A stretch of 64,000 nt of DNA. Origin: Malacoraja senta (lineage: Eukaryota). Of this stretch, positions 1 through 13,431 are shown piece after piece. The notes beneath the pieces are model-generated. The model saw only the letters and a program-made list of their open reading frames with translations. It was not told where the DNA came from and did not search any database. Each line of letters begins with the position of its first letter. The first letter of the stretch is position 1. The stretch spans positions 1-64,000 of the forward strand of contig JAXLNO010004395.1 of NCBI GenBank assembly GCA_038087875.1, read 5' to 3'. Made by a program: the position numbers and the translations under genes.

Positions 1-113
1 AACAGAGAAAGAGTTGAGTATAGGAGCAATGATGTCCTTCTGCAGTTGTACAGGGCCCTGGTGAGACCACACCGGCAGTATTGTGTGCAGTTTTGGCCTG
101 TTCGCCTTCATAA
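1..113 (+). repeat. Unit of a CR1-derived ~109-bp tandem array (continues off the window edge)
   Basis: Same sequence as the units at 1463-1874, slightly more diverged. Confidence 0.8.
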
Positions 114-1461
114 TCCACCATCATTCCTGTGCCCAAGTCTAACACAACATCCTGCCTCAATGACTACAGACCGATTGCCCTTACATCTGTGGCCATGAAG
201 TCATTTGAGCGCATTATTCTCGCTCACCTCAAAACCAGCACTTCATCCAACATGGACCCACATCAATTCGCATATAGAGCAAACAGGTCATTAGAAGACA
301 CAGTCAATCTGGCCATCCATCACACTCTGCAACACCTGGAAACTGCCAACACTTACGCCCGCACCCTGTTCATGGACTTCAGTTCGGCATTCAACTCCAT
401 CAACCCGGTTAAACTTTTCCATAAATTAACGGACATGAACATTGACCGCTGCGTCTGTCATTGGATCTATAGCTTCCTTTGGAACAGACAACAGAGGGTG
501 AAGATACATAACACCATATCTCACCCTCTGCACCTCAGTACAGGAGCCCCTCAGGGCTGCGTCTTGTCACCCTGGTTATTCTCACTCTACACAAATCAAC
601 TCACATCCCAGTATAGTTCAGTCAAAATATATAAATACGCAGATGACACAACCATCATAGGTCTCATCTCTAACAACAACGAAACAGAATACCGCACTCA
701 AACAAACAAAGCAGATAATAACCTCCTACTCAACACATCAAAAACACATGAACTTATCATTGATCTCAGATGGAAGGCACAACCCAAGACCCCCCTACTC
801 ATCTCTGGCAAACCCATATCCACCACTGACTCATTCAAATTTCTTGGCACTCACATAAGCAATAACCTCAAATGGAAAATCAATTCAGATCACATTTATA
901 AAAAAGCCAACCAAAGACTTTTCTTTCTCCGTCAGCTCAAGAAGTTCAGAGTGAGGAAACATCTCCTAATCCGATTTTACACAGCCATCATCCAAAGCAT
1001 GCTCACTTCATCAATAACAGTTTGGTACAGCAGTTTAGACACTCGCTCCCGTAATAAACTACAGCGCATTGTCAACAAAGCATCCAAAATCATCAGCACT
1101 TCCCTCCCATCAATAGAATCACTTAATCTCAAACGGTCTGTGTCAAGGGTGAAGAAAATAATTTCTGATCCCTCCCACCCAGCTCACCACATCTTCCACC
1201 TGCTGCCGTCAGGAAGGCGCTACAGCTCACTGCCCGCCAAAACATCACGACTTAAAAACAGTTTCTACCCATATGCAATTCGAAATCTGAACACTCTATG
1301 ACAACATCACATAGCCACCTCGTGCATGTACTGTATACTGTATGTTGTTGTGTTTTATGTTATGTTTGATGGGAATCAGCCTATTGTGTAACATCCTGTA
1401 CTGAACATGAATTCCACCAGCTTGACTGTGTGGTCATTAAATAATCTGAATCTGAATCTGA
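114..1461 (+). mobile_element. 5'-truncated Rex/Babar (L2-related) LINE; RT ORF 129-1301
   Basis: [36 protein letters not shown] and C-terminal [16 protein letters not shown]. (AATCTG)3 tail at 1443-1460; ATAA flanks both ends (110-113, 1462-1465). Confidence 0.9.
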
Positions 1462-1462
1462 A

Positions 1463-1874
1463 TAACAAGAGGAGTTGAGTACAGGAGCAAAGAGGTCCTC
1501 TGCAGTTGTACAGGGCCCTGGTGAGACCACACCTGGAGTATTGTGTGCAGTTTTGGCGTGTTGGCCTTTATAACAAGAGGAGTTGAGTATAGGAGCAAAG
1601 AGGTCCTTCAGCAGTTGTACAGGGCCCTGGTGAGACCACACCTGGAGTATTATGTGCAGTTTTGGACTGTTGGCCTTTATAACAAGAGAAGTTGAGTATA
1701 GGAGCAAAGAGGTCCTTCTGCAGTTGTACAGGGCCCCGGTGAGACCACACCTGGAGTATTGTGTGCAGTTTTGGCCTGTTGGCCTTTATAACAAGAGGAG
1801 TTGAGTATTGGAGCAAAGAGGTCCTTCTGCAGTTGTACAGGGCCCTGGTGGGACCACACCTGGAGTATTGTGTG
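1463..1874 (+). repeat. Tandem array of ~109-bp units derived from the CR1 RT C-terminal coding region
   Basis: Units start at 1463, 1571, 1680 and 1789. Each encodes [35 protein letters not shown]-like sequence, as found in the CR1 copy at 42826-44169. Confidence 0.9.
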
Positions 1875-1920
1875 CCCACACACACGCACGCCCTCCACCC
1901 GCGCGTGTGTGAACGGGCGA

Positions 1921-2298
1921 TTCATCCCCAACAACACTGCTCCGGATGGGTCAGTGTCAAGAGCCCTAGCAGGTCTCACCTCTCTGTCTATCGAATTGGC
2001 TGAGAACTCTGGAGTAGACAACTCCTGGACTGGGTTTCTAGACTCCTGGTTTGGGAAATGGAAGCACATCTTTACCTCAGCTCTAACAGCAGTGGTAGTC
2101 ATGGTGGGGTTACTGTGTTTGTTCGGATGTTGTATCATTCCCTGCGTACGGGGATTGGCTCAGCGATTGATAGAAACAGCCCTGACAAAGAACAGCGCTG
2201 CCACCATGATGGCCTTCAGAACACAGTATAACCAACGAGAGGGGGATAGGGAGGCGAAGAATCTGCTGCTAGCATTAGAAAAGGAGGATATAGTATAA
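1921..2298 (+). mobile_element. env: Endogenous retrovirus env, TM-subunit C-terminal part (gamma/epsilon-like)
   Basis: FIPNNTAPDGSVSRALAGLTSLSIELAENSGVDNSWTGFLDSWFGKW, then a hydrophobic anchor ending GCCIIPCVR and a tail. Followed by a polypurine tract and an LTR. Confidence 0.85.
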
Positions 2299-2334
2299 AT
2301 CAAAGGTTGCGTAGCAAAAAAGAAAAGGGTGGAT

Positions 2335-2888
2335 TGTGAGGAAAGAGTTAACAGACATAGTTGATTTACACTAGGGATAGAAAAATGGCTTGGGGTGTCA
2401 GCAGAAGCCAGACTGCTGGTAAAATAGAAAATAACGATATATAGAACAGAGAGAAATTCTAGATAAAAAGTAGCAAATTCAGCAGAAGATTTGAGAAGTA
2501 GAAAGAGAGAAAGTACATAAGGTCAAACAAATCTGTGCATGCCTAATGAACTTACATGAATATGTACACACACCCACTATGACAAGATGCCTAATTTAAA
2601 TGCACATGCGATGCATGATATGGGAGGTGTCTTTGACGTCGGGTGGACGTTCCAGGACATTCTCGTGCGAATGTGGGCTTTATGTTATGATTGGAAGAAG
2701 CTCAATGGGGATGGATGAGGGTGTGACAATGATACCCATGAAATGTATAAAGATAGAAGACATCCCGATCCTCGGTGTGCCTCTAGGGGACATCAGAGGA
2801 GAGGCACCTATTCTGCAGAATATGATTTAAATAAAAAGCTTCTTTGCCGACTTTGTCTCTAAAAGCGTTTGTGATTTTGCATCTCACA
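2335..2888 (+). mobile_element. ERV 3' LTR (554 bp), preceded by a polypurine tract at 2316-2333
   Basis: PPT AAAAAAGAAAAGGGTGGA; terminal inverted repeat TGTGAG...CTCACA; AATAAA at 2830-2835. Confidence 0.85.
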
Positions 2889-4429
2889 CTTATGTATGGC
2901 TTAATTGTATTCATGCATAGTATGATTTGGCTGAATACCATACAAAGGGGTTTTCACTGTATCTAGTTACCCGTGTCAATGATAAACCAACACGTTGTAT
3001 CTAGCGATTGCAACACCCAGTGTTTATTTTAAGCAGGTAGCAAGGTTGTATTAACATTTCCTTTTTGCCTTTGACTACGTGGTGAATGTAAAGATGGGTC
3101 ATAATGCACTGTATCTTTACTACTGTTTATTGCTGCCCTAGCTGTCCGTGGTCTGTCACTGGAACCAGAGAGAGAGAGAACTGGGTGGGAAGGTTGTAAT
3201 TATACCAGTGATGTGGGGAGTGGTTAGTAGTGGTGAGGTCACTATGTTAAAGGTACATGCACATTTCATCTACGTGGTGAAGAGCCATCCTTTTTTCCAC
3301 CGCTGAAGACCTCCTGGCGCCAGTACAATATTCTGTCGGCGTGGGGCGTTTCGGCATTTGCAATACTGAGGATCAGGACATATTTCCAAATCAGAATGGC
3401 GGTCAATTTGGATCTTGATCTGCAGGTGCTATTTTTACACGGTAGATTTCAAAGGGAGAACAGCACTAATTGCCCGCTTGGAAAGCGAAAGGGTGTTGAT
3501 TCCACCGTCGAGAGGAAAATGATTATAATCTTCCATTCAGTGGCCAAAAGTAACACCAGTCCAAATTAGTCATTTTCCCTGCAGCTTCCAAATTCACGCG
3601 AGTCCTACTGTCTGGTCAAAAAGACGGTGATTCAATTATTATTTGAACAGAGATTGATGGCGGAGGAGTTAGCTTGGTAATGTTATTGAATGTCAAGGCA
3701 GTTTACATCTTGCCTAATACTACACCTGCAAACAACTTTGCTGACATTCACACATTTCCTAAACATGGAACTCATATCTATACCAACATCTTTGATTTAA
3801 ATCAGAAAATACAAACAAAATTCGCAGCAGTCGAACGGATGCCTCGCAGCATCAGAGACTCGGGTTTGATCCTGACTACGGACGCTGTCTGTGTGAACGT
3901 CGTACGTGGGTTTTCTCCGGGCGCTGGTCTCCACCCACATTCCAAACTCGTGCAGGTTTATTGGTTAATTGCCCCCTGTAAATTGCCCCTAGTAACTGCG
4001 TCGAAACGGGCTTTTTGGCACAGCATGCCCCATCTACATTAGTCCCAACTCCCCACGCTTGGCTCATAACCCTCTCAACCTATCCTATGCATGTACCTGT
4101 CCAATTGTCTATTTATTGTTATGATAGTACCTGTCTCAACCTCCTCCTCTGGCAGCTCGTTCCATATACCCACCACTCTTTGTGTAAAAATGTTATCCCC
4201 AGGTTCCTATTAAATCTCCACACTCACCCACCTCTCACCGTAAATCTATATCCTCTGGTTCTCGAGTCCCCTATTGTGGGCAAAAAACTCAAGCGCATTT
4301 ACCTGATTGATTGCTCACATAATTTTGTAAACCTCTTTCAGATCACCCCATCCTTTTGCACTCTAAGGAATGAAATCCAGAACCAGGGGCCACATTTCCA
4401 GAACCAGGGACCACAGTTTAAGAATAAGG

Positions 4430-4685
4430 AGTAAGCCATTTAGAACGGAGACGAGGAAACACTTTTTCTCACAGAGAGTGGTGAGTCTGTGAAATTCTCT
4501 GCCTCAGAGGGCAGTGGATGCTTTCAAGAGAGAGCTAGATAGGGCTCTTAAAAATAGCGGAGTCAGGGGATATGGGGAGAAGGCAGGAACGGGATACTGA
4601 TTGGGGATGATCAGCCATGATCACATTGAATGGCGGTGCTGGCTCGAAGGATCGAATGGCCCACTCCTGCACCTATTTTCTATTG
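4430..4685 (+). mobile_element. CR1/HER1-like LINE 3' end fragment
   Basis: RKHFFSQRVV coding remnant plus the conserved 3' UTR (atcagccatgatcacattgaatggcgg...cctattttcta). Confidence 0.8.
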
Positions 4686-7600
4686 AAATCAGATCCTTCT
4701 CAACCTCACCCTCCCTGAACATAGACTCAGTGACTTGCAGAACAGTTCAGCATTGGAACAGGCCCTTGGGGCCACACCTTCTGTTCCAAACGTGATGCCA
4801 AGTTGAACTAATCTCCTCCACCAACACGTGTTCCATATCCCTCCTTTCCCTGCATATCTATGCCTTTCTAAAGACTTCAAATGCCACTATCAAGTCTCCT
4901 TGTAAATCTTCTCTGGACTCTTTCCAGCTGGTATGTTAAAAACAAAGTGCATGAAGAATTCAGTGGGTCAGGCAGCATCTGTGGTGGGAATCGACTGACA
5001 ACGTTTTGAAGTCACCAGTCTGAACAAGAGTTCCAGCCTGAAATGTCGTTGGTTCATTCCATCCCACAGATGTTGCCTGACCCACTGTGTTCCTCCAACA
5101 GTTTTGCTCAACGAACCAACATCTACAGTTTCTAGTATCCCCAGAGATCTGTTAACTGTCACCATTTAATTGCCCTATTTTATTACATTTTGTATTACAT
5201 TTCTGTTAAATTATGTTGCAGTCTTGGAAATGTTTTCACCTCAGCTGCGAACCTGCATTCCTAGTGTACATTGCTACTTTAATCATGCTAAATTATGATC
5301 ACTGCCATCAAAACACCTCATCACTACTCTACAATACTACTCCCATCTTGCAGCCAATACCCACCATTTTCTAAACAGTCGCCTTAATACTATTTCTTAA
5401 ATGAATTTGAGAACCTCTGCACTCTGCTTCAGTGACAGATAATATTAAGTGTAAATTCACAACTATTTATTGTTCTGGGGTGGGTTATTTTGCACCATAT
5501 AAACAGGCCAAAATATTTCTCCTTCCGTATCGCTAAGTTTATTTGATATACGATGATGAATACAAATCAATGGATCATTTAAATGTGCTGATGGGGACCA
5601 TTCATCCTATCAGGCCAATGCCACCTCTCTACTGGAGAAAATCACTTGTTCAACCCCATCCCTTAAACTGTAGTTTTGCGTGTTTTTGCTCACAATTAGT
5701 TTATCCAATTTTCTCTTTGTGATGAAACATAAATAGGATTCGGATCAATGAACGGAGAAAGAAAATTTCAAGGGTACAAATGACTATCTTTATTATGTCA
5801 AATTACAAGATAAAGCATTAAAAAAGCAATAAATCTCATGGCTTTCAGCTCAATGTGTTAAATGATAGAAGCCATGGCAAATACCATCAAGTCTCACAGT
5901 CTTCTGCCCATTGGACACTCCTATTTATGATGGCTGGTGTGGAGATCTTGCGGGCCCAGCCAATGTCCTTCAAAGATTCTGCATTAAATCAAGCACCGAG
6001 CTATTCTTCCATGTCTCGGAGAAAAGAAAGGTTTAACTTATCCTTTAGCTACACTAAATATCCTTGTAGGCTGCTCCATAATTTCCCAATTATTCTAAGT
6101 GAGCCCTCAATCATCTAATTGTTTCCCAAAGCCAGCCTACTTGCTTACCATAAAGTGCAGTTAGCAGAAAATGTAATCTTAGGTGAAAACCCCGTTTACC
6201 TTTTCCAATGCACTAAGGGCATAATGGAGCCAATTACACAACATCTACATGCCATACACTTGACATTCCAAACGCACGTTGCATAGAATTCCTTGTCCGC
6301 TCTCAAACCCTCCAGCAAAGTGATCAGCCTCCCTATCCATTCTTCCCATCAAAGATTCATAATTTTCCAGAGCTCCAAGAACTTAATATGTGATTCACCA
6401 TCCTCTGACTAGGGATTCCTCCTTATCCCTTTCTAAAGCGACTTTGAGTCCTGAAAAGCGCTATATAAATAAAATCTATTATTATTATTATTATCATGTT
6501 ATTCTGAGAAATGTGCTTGCCAATACCAGGGCATCTGCAGTTTAAGTCTCCTGATCTTAGGAAGAATGTTCTTGTTATGGAGGGAGTGCTGTGAAGATTC
6601 ATCAGATTTCAGGGATGGGAGGACGAATGTATGAAGGGCGATTTGGGCGATTAGTTTTACATTGTGATTAGGACCATTCAAAATCAACTACAACATTCTT
6701 ATGGGTCTGTACAGATTCAAGAGAGTCAAGAGTGTTTTATTGTCATATGTCCCAGATAGTACAATGAAATTCTTACTCACTGCAGCACAATGGAATATGT
6801 AAACATAGTACATGGTAAACAATATGAAAAACGAGAAAGAGAAAAACAAAATCAGTGTGCACATATATATATATACACACATACTCACAGGTACACACAC
6901 ACACACATATATGTGTATATATGTACGTATACATATATTCAAGAGGGAAATCCGGTCAGTTCAGGACCCAGTGGTCACAATCTGATGATAAGGCTTCAAG
7001 TTGAGATGAAGAGCGATTACTTCTCGCACAGAATGATGAACGTGTGGAATGTTACACCACTGGAAGCAGTTGAACACAGATCATTGAATTTATACAAGGA
7101 GTTATATGTTATTTGTATGGTCAAAGGATCAGAGAATTAAAAGGATCAAGGTATAAATTTTAGGTCACAATTGATCACATGGAATAATAGTTGAGGCTCA
7201 AATGCCTGAATTCCTATTACTTTTATATTCTGCATTTCAACATTTTTGTATTTATCGTGGCCACATTTCCTCTGCATCGAAGAACATGATAACTGGGATG
7301 CTTAAAAGGAACCTAGACCCTGCTGCCAATGCCTTTTTGCAGATAAGACAGATGCATACATTGGTTTGGTGTTCACAAAGCGAGGACAAATCAGAAATAA
7401 TTTTCTGAACACGCCATCCATTGCTATTTCAATGTGCTTACCCAAGATACAAAAAAATAATACTATATTAATTTATATTAAAAAATGTTTGGATAAAATA
7501 AACAAAACATGGTCATCGAATGTCCCTGGGTAAGTCGTTCACACCCTGCCCTCCACCCCTTTGAGAAGTGGCTGAAGGGTGATATTAAAATACATAAAGC

Positions 7601-9157
7601 TTTTAAATGAATCACTATTGTGAAAACATTTCCACCATAAAATCCAGCAGGGAATTCTACAGAGAATGCTCCCTCTCCTCCCCTCCCACCCAATACTGGT
7701 GAGAATGAGGATCCAGATCAATGAATTGCATTTAGGGGAAGGCTGGGCAAACACAAAAGAGAAAAGAACAGTCGGTTCTACATTGGAGAATCCAGCACAG
7801 ACTTGCCAACCATGTTGCAGATCGCATAAGGTGGGAAGAGGCTCATGTGGACTATATTCGCCAGTATTGGCAGGATCGGCAGAGTGGCCTGTTCCTACAC
7901 ACTTGTCTCCTCTACAACCTTGTATTACTTTGACTGCCAATTCATTTTTGATCATTTTGTTCCCATTCATTCTTTAAAAAATACAAAATCAACTTTGACG
8001 TAAGATAACTGTGATTGATGCTGTTGCAAATAAATGGAGGCCTTACATTTTCTTAACAACAATTTAATTTTGCACCTTGCATATTGTATCTTTCATATTA
8101 TATCTTGCACATTCCATATATCTTGCCTTTACTTTGCAACATGAAGCCACTATAAAACAGGGTGCAATCCAATGTGTTTACTTGGATTTCATGCCAATCT
8201 ATTTCCCAAAATCTTATACTCAATGATCTATTCATCAAGCACATTCTACAGGCAACTATTATTAGGTGAAATCTCAAGAGCAGAACTTGTACCAAATGAG
8301 CCACATAAAATGAACTTGATCTCTGTACCACCAGTCACCGTGGATAATTTTATATTCTTATGGATGATAAATTCTTTGCATTAGATTAGAAATGTACAAA
8401 GTACAAACAATCAAGACTTTTGACATCATCAAATAACCAAGCGTTATGTAACAACATTTATTGGTGCTGTGTCTCAGACTAAATGCAGTGTTAAAACAAC
8501 ATATATTCTATCCAATAATGACTGTAGCTAATGGAATCTGCAACTAAAAACAGAAGACTGAAAGCATTCAATGGCTCAAGCAAAATTATTGGGACAAATG
8601 GTTGATGTCACAAATAGGGTCAAGAACCTGCACCAGGCCTGTGAGGGAAGAGGATGGATTGCCAATATATAGCAATCAGGGAGGAATAGGACAGAGGCTG
8701 GTAGATCAAACGTAGAACCAGGTGGGGAGAGGATAATGGGTAGATGGAAACAGGTAGGAGAGGAGGAGGAAGAGGTGAACAACAGGAGAATAATCTGTTC
8801 AAATGAGACAGAGGTTCACTTGCACCTCTTTCAACATTCTATACTGCATTCATTGCTCACACTGTGGAGAAACTAGCTTAGATGTCAACCATTTTGTACA
8901 GCACATCCCTTTGAAGTAAAGATCATCCTGAGATCTGTTGTATGGTATTTTAATACCCCTTCCCACTCACACACTGACCCATCTGTCGTTAACCTTGGGC
9001 ACAGAAAGTTTTAAGTAAAATATCTGATAATCCACCTGGGTAACTTACAAGCCGATGGTATGAATATAAAGTTTTCACATTTCAGCTTATCCATACCACT
9101 GGTGTTCATTTGTTCTCCCACAACCACCCATACACCAACTTTACTCCATCTGCCCAT

Positions 9158-12100
9158 CATATAACCATAACAGCACGGAAACAGGCCATCTCGGCCCTTC
9201 AAGTCCGTGCCGGACATTTAAATTTTTTTTAAATTTTTTTTTTAATTAAAAATAAAATACTTCCCCCTAGTCCCATCTACCTGCACTCAGACCATAACCC
9301 TCCATTCCTTTCCCGTCCATATACCCATCCAATCTATTTTTAAAGGATAACATCGAACCTGCCTCCACCACTTCCACTGGAAGCTCATTCCACACAGCTA
9401 CCACTCTCTGAGTAAAGAAGTTCCCCCTAATGTTCCCCCTAAACTTCTGTCCCTTAATTCTCAAGTCATGTCCCCTTGTTTGAATCTTCCCTACTCTCAA
9501 TGGGAAAAGCTTATCCACGTCCACTCTGTCTAACCCGCTCATAATTTTAAAGACCTCTATCAAGTCCCCTCTTAACCTTCTGCGCTCCAAAGAATAAAGA
9601 CCTAACTTGTTCAACCTTTCTCTGTAACTTAGTTGCTGAAACCCAGGCAACATTCTAGTAAATCTCCTCTGTACTCTCTCTATTTTGTTGACATCCTTCC
9701 TATAATTAGGCGACCAAAATTGTACTCCATACTCCAGAATTGGCCTCACCAATGCCTTGTACAATTTTAACATTACATCCCAACTTCTATATTCAATGCT
9801 CTGATTTATAAAGGCCAGCACACCAAAAGCTTTCTTTACCACCCTATCTACATGAGATTCCACCTTCAGGGAACTATGCACAGTTATTCCTAGATCCCTC
9901 TGTTCAACTGCATTCCTCAATTCGCTACCATTTACCGTGTACGTCCTATTTTGATTTGTCCTGCCGAGATGTAGCACCTCACATTTGTCAGCATTAAACT
10001 CCATCTGCCATCTTTCAGCCCACTCTTCCAAATGGCCTAAATCTCTCTGTAGACTTTGAAAATCTACTTCATTATCCACAACACCACCTATCTTAGTATC
10101 ATCTGCATACTTACTAATCCAATTTTCCACACCTTCATCCAGATCATTGATGTACATGACAAACAACAGTGGACCCAACACAGACCCCCTGAGGCACCCC
10201 ACTAGTCACCGGCCTCCAACCTGACAAACAGCCATCCACCATTACTCTCTGGCATCTCCCATTCAGCCACTGTTGAATCCATCTTGCTACTCCACCATTA
10301 ATACCCAACAATTGAATCTTCTTAACCAACCTTCCATGAGGAACCTTGTCAAAGGCCTTACTGAAGTCCATATAGACAACATCCACTGCTTTACCCTCAT
10401 CAATTTCCCTAGTAACCTCTTCGAAAAATTCAAGATTAGTCAAGCATGACCTTCCAGGCACAAATCCATGTTGACTGTTCCTAATCAGACCCTGCTTATC
10501 CAGATGCTTATATATATTATCTTTAAGTATCCTTTCCATTAATTTGCCCACCACTGACGTCAAACTAACAGGTCTATAATTGCTAGGTTTACTCTTCGAA
10601 CCCTTTTTAAACAACGGAACAACATGCGCAGTACGCCAATCCTCCGGCACTATTCCCGTTTCTAATGACATTTGAAATATTTCTGTCATAGCCCCTGCTA
10701 TTTCTACACTAACTTCCCTCAATGTCCTAGGAAATATCCTGTCAGGACCTGGAGACTTATCCGTTTTCATATTTTTCAAAAGTGTCCGCACCTCCTCTTC
10801 TTTGAATCTCACAGTTTCCATTGCTACTCTGCTCGTTTCCCTTACCTCACATAATTCCATATCCTTCTCCTTCGTGAATACCGAAGAAAAGAAATTGTTC
10901 AATATCTCCCCCATCTCTTTTGGCTCTGCAGATAGCTGTCCACTCTGACTCTCTAATGGACCGATTTTATTCCTTGTTATCCTTTTGCTATTAATATAGC
11001 TGTAGAAACCCTTTGGATTTACTTTCACCTTACGTGCCAAAGCAACCTCATATCTTCTTTTAGCTTTTCTAATTTCTTTCTTAATATTCTTTTTACATTC
11101 TTTATACTCCTCAAGCACCTCATTTACTCCATGCTGCCTATAATTATTGTAGATCTCTCTCTTTTTCCGAACCAAGTGTCCAATTTCCCTTGAAAACCAT
11201 GGCTCTTTCCATTTTTTACTATTTCCTTTCAACCGAACAGGGACATAAAGATTCTGTACTCTTAAAATTTCACCCTTAAATGTCCTCCATTTTTCTTCTA
11301 CATCCTTCCCATAAAACAACATGTCCCAATTCACTCCTTTTAAATCCTTTCGCATCTCCTCAAAGTTAGCCTTTCTCCAAACAAAAATCTCAACCCTAGG
11401 TCCAGTTCTGACCCTCTCCATAATTATATTGAAACTAATGGTATTGTGATCACTGGACCCGAAGTGCTCCCTGACGCATACCTCCGCCACTTGCCCTGTC
11501 TCATTTCCTAACAGGAGGTCCAGCACTGCCCCTTCTCTAGTAGGTACCTCTATGTATTGCTGCAAAAAACTATCTTGCACACATTTTACAAACTCCAAAC
11601 CATCCAGCCCTTTTACAGAATGTGTTTCCCAGTCTATGTGTGGAAAATTGAAATCTCCCACAATCACTACCTTGTGCTTACTACTAATATCTGCTATCTC
11701 CTTACATATTTGCTCTTCCAATTCTCGCTCCCCATTTGGCGGTCTATAATACACCCCTATAAGTGTTGCTACACCTTTCCCATTTCTCAGTTCCACCCAA
11801 ATAGCCTCCCTAGACGAGCCCTCTAATCTATCCTGCCAAAGCACTGCTGTAATATCTTCCTTGACAAGCAATGCAACACCCCCACCTCTTGCCCCTCCAA
11901 TTCTATCACCCCTGAAGCAACGAAATCCTGGAATATTTATTTGCCAATCACAGCCCTCCTGCAACCATGTTTCACTGATCGCCACAACACCATACTTCCA
12001 GGTGTCAATCCAGGCTCTAAGCTCATCCACCTTTCTTACAATGCTCCTAGCATTAAAATATACACATTTAAGAAACCCACCACCACTTATTCTCTGTTTA

Positions 12101-12450
12101 TTATCTTTTTCTTCTTTCTCCCCTACATTTTGGGTCCGAGTGCTTCCCTTCTCTGCCTCCTGCCTCCCACATTTTCCACTAGCTTTCTCTATTTGAGTCC
12201 CTCCCCCCAACCGTTCTAGTTTAAGGTCTCCCCAGTAGCCTTTGCAAATCTCCCCGCCAGGATATTGGTGCCCCTCGGGTTCAAGTGCAACCCGTCCTTT
12301 CTGTACAGGTCACTCCTTCCCCAAAAGAAATCCCAATGATCCAGAAATTTGAATCCCTGCCCGCTGCACCAGTTCCTCAGCCACGCATTTATCCTCCACC
12401 TCACTCCATTCCTACTCTCACCGTCACGTGGCACAGGTAGTAATCCTGAG
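9158..12450 (-). mobile_element. Near-complete CR1 LINE: ORF1 C-terminus (SGNH-esterase-like) plus ORF2 (APE-RT) split by one frameshift
   Basis: ORFs 12216-12434 (LYRKDGLHLN), 10144-12210 (YFNARSI, SETW, GDFN, SDH, NYRPVSLTS, DFSKAFD, SGVPQG) and 9267-10202 (SVLGP, YADD, FFTQRVV). There is one extra G in the run at 10185-10189. Confidence 0.95.
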
Positions 12451-12798
12451 ATTCATCCCCTCCCCAGTTGATTCCACCTGCCACTTACCAGCCTCTGCCC
12501 CATTCCTCCTTCAAACTGTTAGAATCTTCCCATCCTCTCCTTCAATTCTAATGCAGTGCCTTGACTTGAAATGTTGGTATATGTCATTTGCCTCCACAGA
12601 TGCTGTTTGACCAAGTACTTCCACTGGCCTTTCTTTAGTCTAAAATTCTTGTTGGAAATAACCACAAAGTCTTACTCTATCTATAATTGAAACCATTTAA
12701 TTGGTGCTTAGAGAGCTTTTTAAAATCATGAGGGCGATTGATCAGGATTTATTTTACCCAGGGTAGGGTAATCAAGAACCAGCAAAAACAGGTTTAAG

Positions 12799-13431
12799 CA
12801 GTGTTCAATGCTAATTGTTTAGGTGTCGGAGCTGTCAAACAGGGGCATTTCAGATTTTGCTAGGGGGGGGGAGGCAAGCTAGTCTCCCTAGAGGGTCAAA
12901 CAAGATTATAGCCTATTACTACATCCCAGTGTATAGCTAGTACATTAAAACATATAATACTTAATTTAATTATGACAAAATATTGCACGGTTGCACTCAC
13001 TGATTATCATGAAATATAATTATGAAGCAAGTAAAGAAAAATACGGTTATCATGTATTTTTACAGAGGTGCCGGCAAGACACCGACTCGCCCTGGCTATC
13101 CTGCAGCTCTGGGCCTTCACACACACTCTCACCCTCACACCCATTCACCTACACACACACCCACCCACTCACCCACCCACCAGAGTTCCAGGCTCAGCTC
13201 CAGGCCCACAACCACAAACGATGCACACATCACATGGTCTGTCTCTGCTGCATCATAGTGTTCCCCCCTCCTACAGGGAACCTCAGTAGTGATGGGTCTT
13301 CCCCTTACCCCTCTTTTAATCAGGTTACCCCGACCACACATCCGCTAGTTAAAATTCCACGCTGTTTATTTTTTCTTTAACAGAGGTGCGGGATCGGTGC
13401 TCAGGTGAGCTCCGGCAGCACTGCACCCCTG
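12799..13431. mobile_element. Non-autonomous hAT-like DNA transposon (633 bp) inserted in a CR1 3' fragment
   Basis: CAG...CTG termini with a perfect 8-bp TSD GGTTTAAG (12791-12798, 13432-13439). The CR1 sequence resumes across the site. Confidence 0.7.

Noticed and set aside
1463-1874. Regular repeats resembling a CRISPR array
   Set aside because: Units are contiguous, near-identical 109-mers with no unique spacers. They derive from CR1 RT, the context is eukaryotic, and there are no cas genes.
1801-2298. 165-aa ORF as a real chimeric protein
   Set aside because: The start is a non-ATG codon inside an off-frame CR1 repeat; only 1921-2298 is env-like.
3250-3660. CpG-containing stretch with a ~110-codon stop-free frame
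   Set aside because: No recognisable domain, start codon or paired splice sites.
6850-6940. (CA)/(TA) microsatellite ORFs (HIYIYTHTHRYTH)
   Set aside because: Translation of a simple repeat.
7770-7830. Exon-like YIGES segment
   Set aside because: A degenerate Penelope GIY-YIG remnant, like those at about 8810-8870 and 9020-9085.
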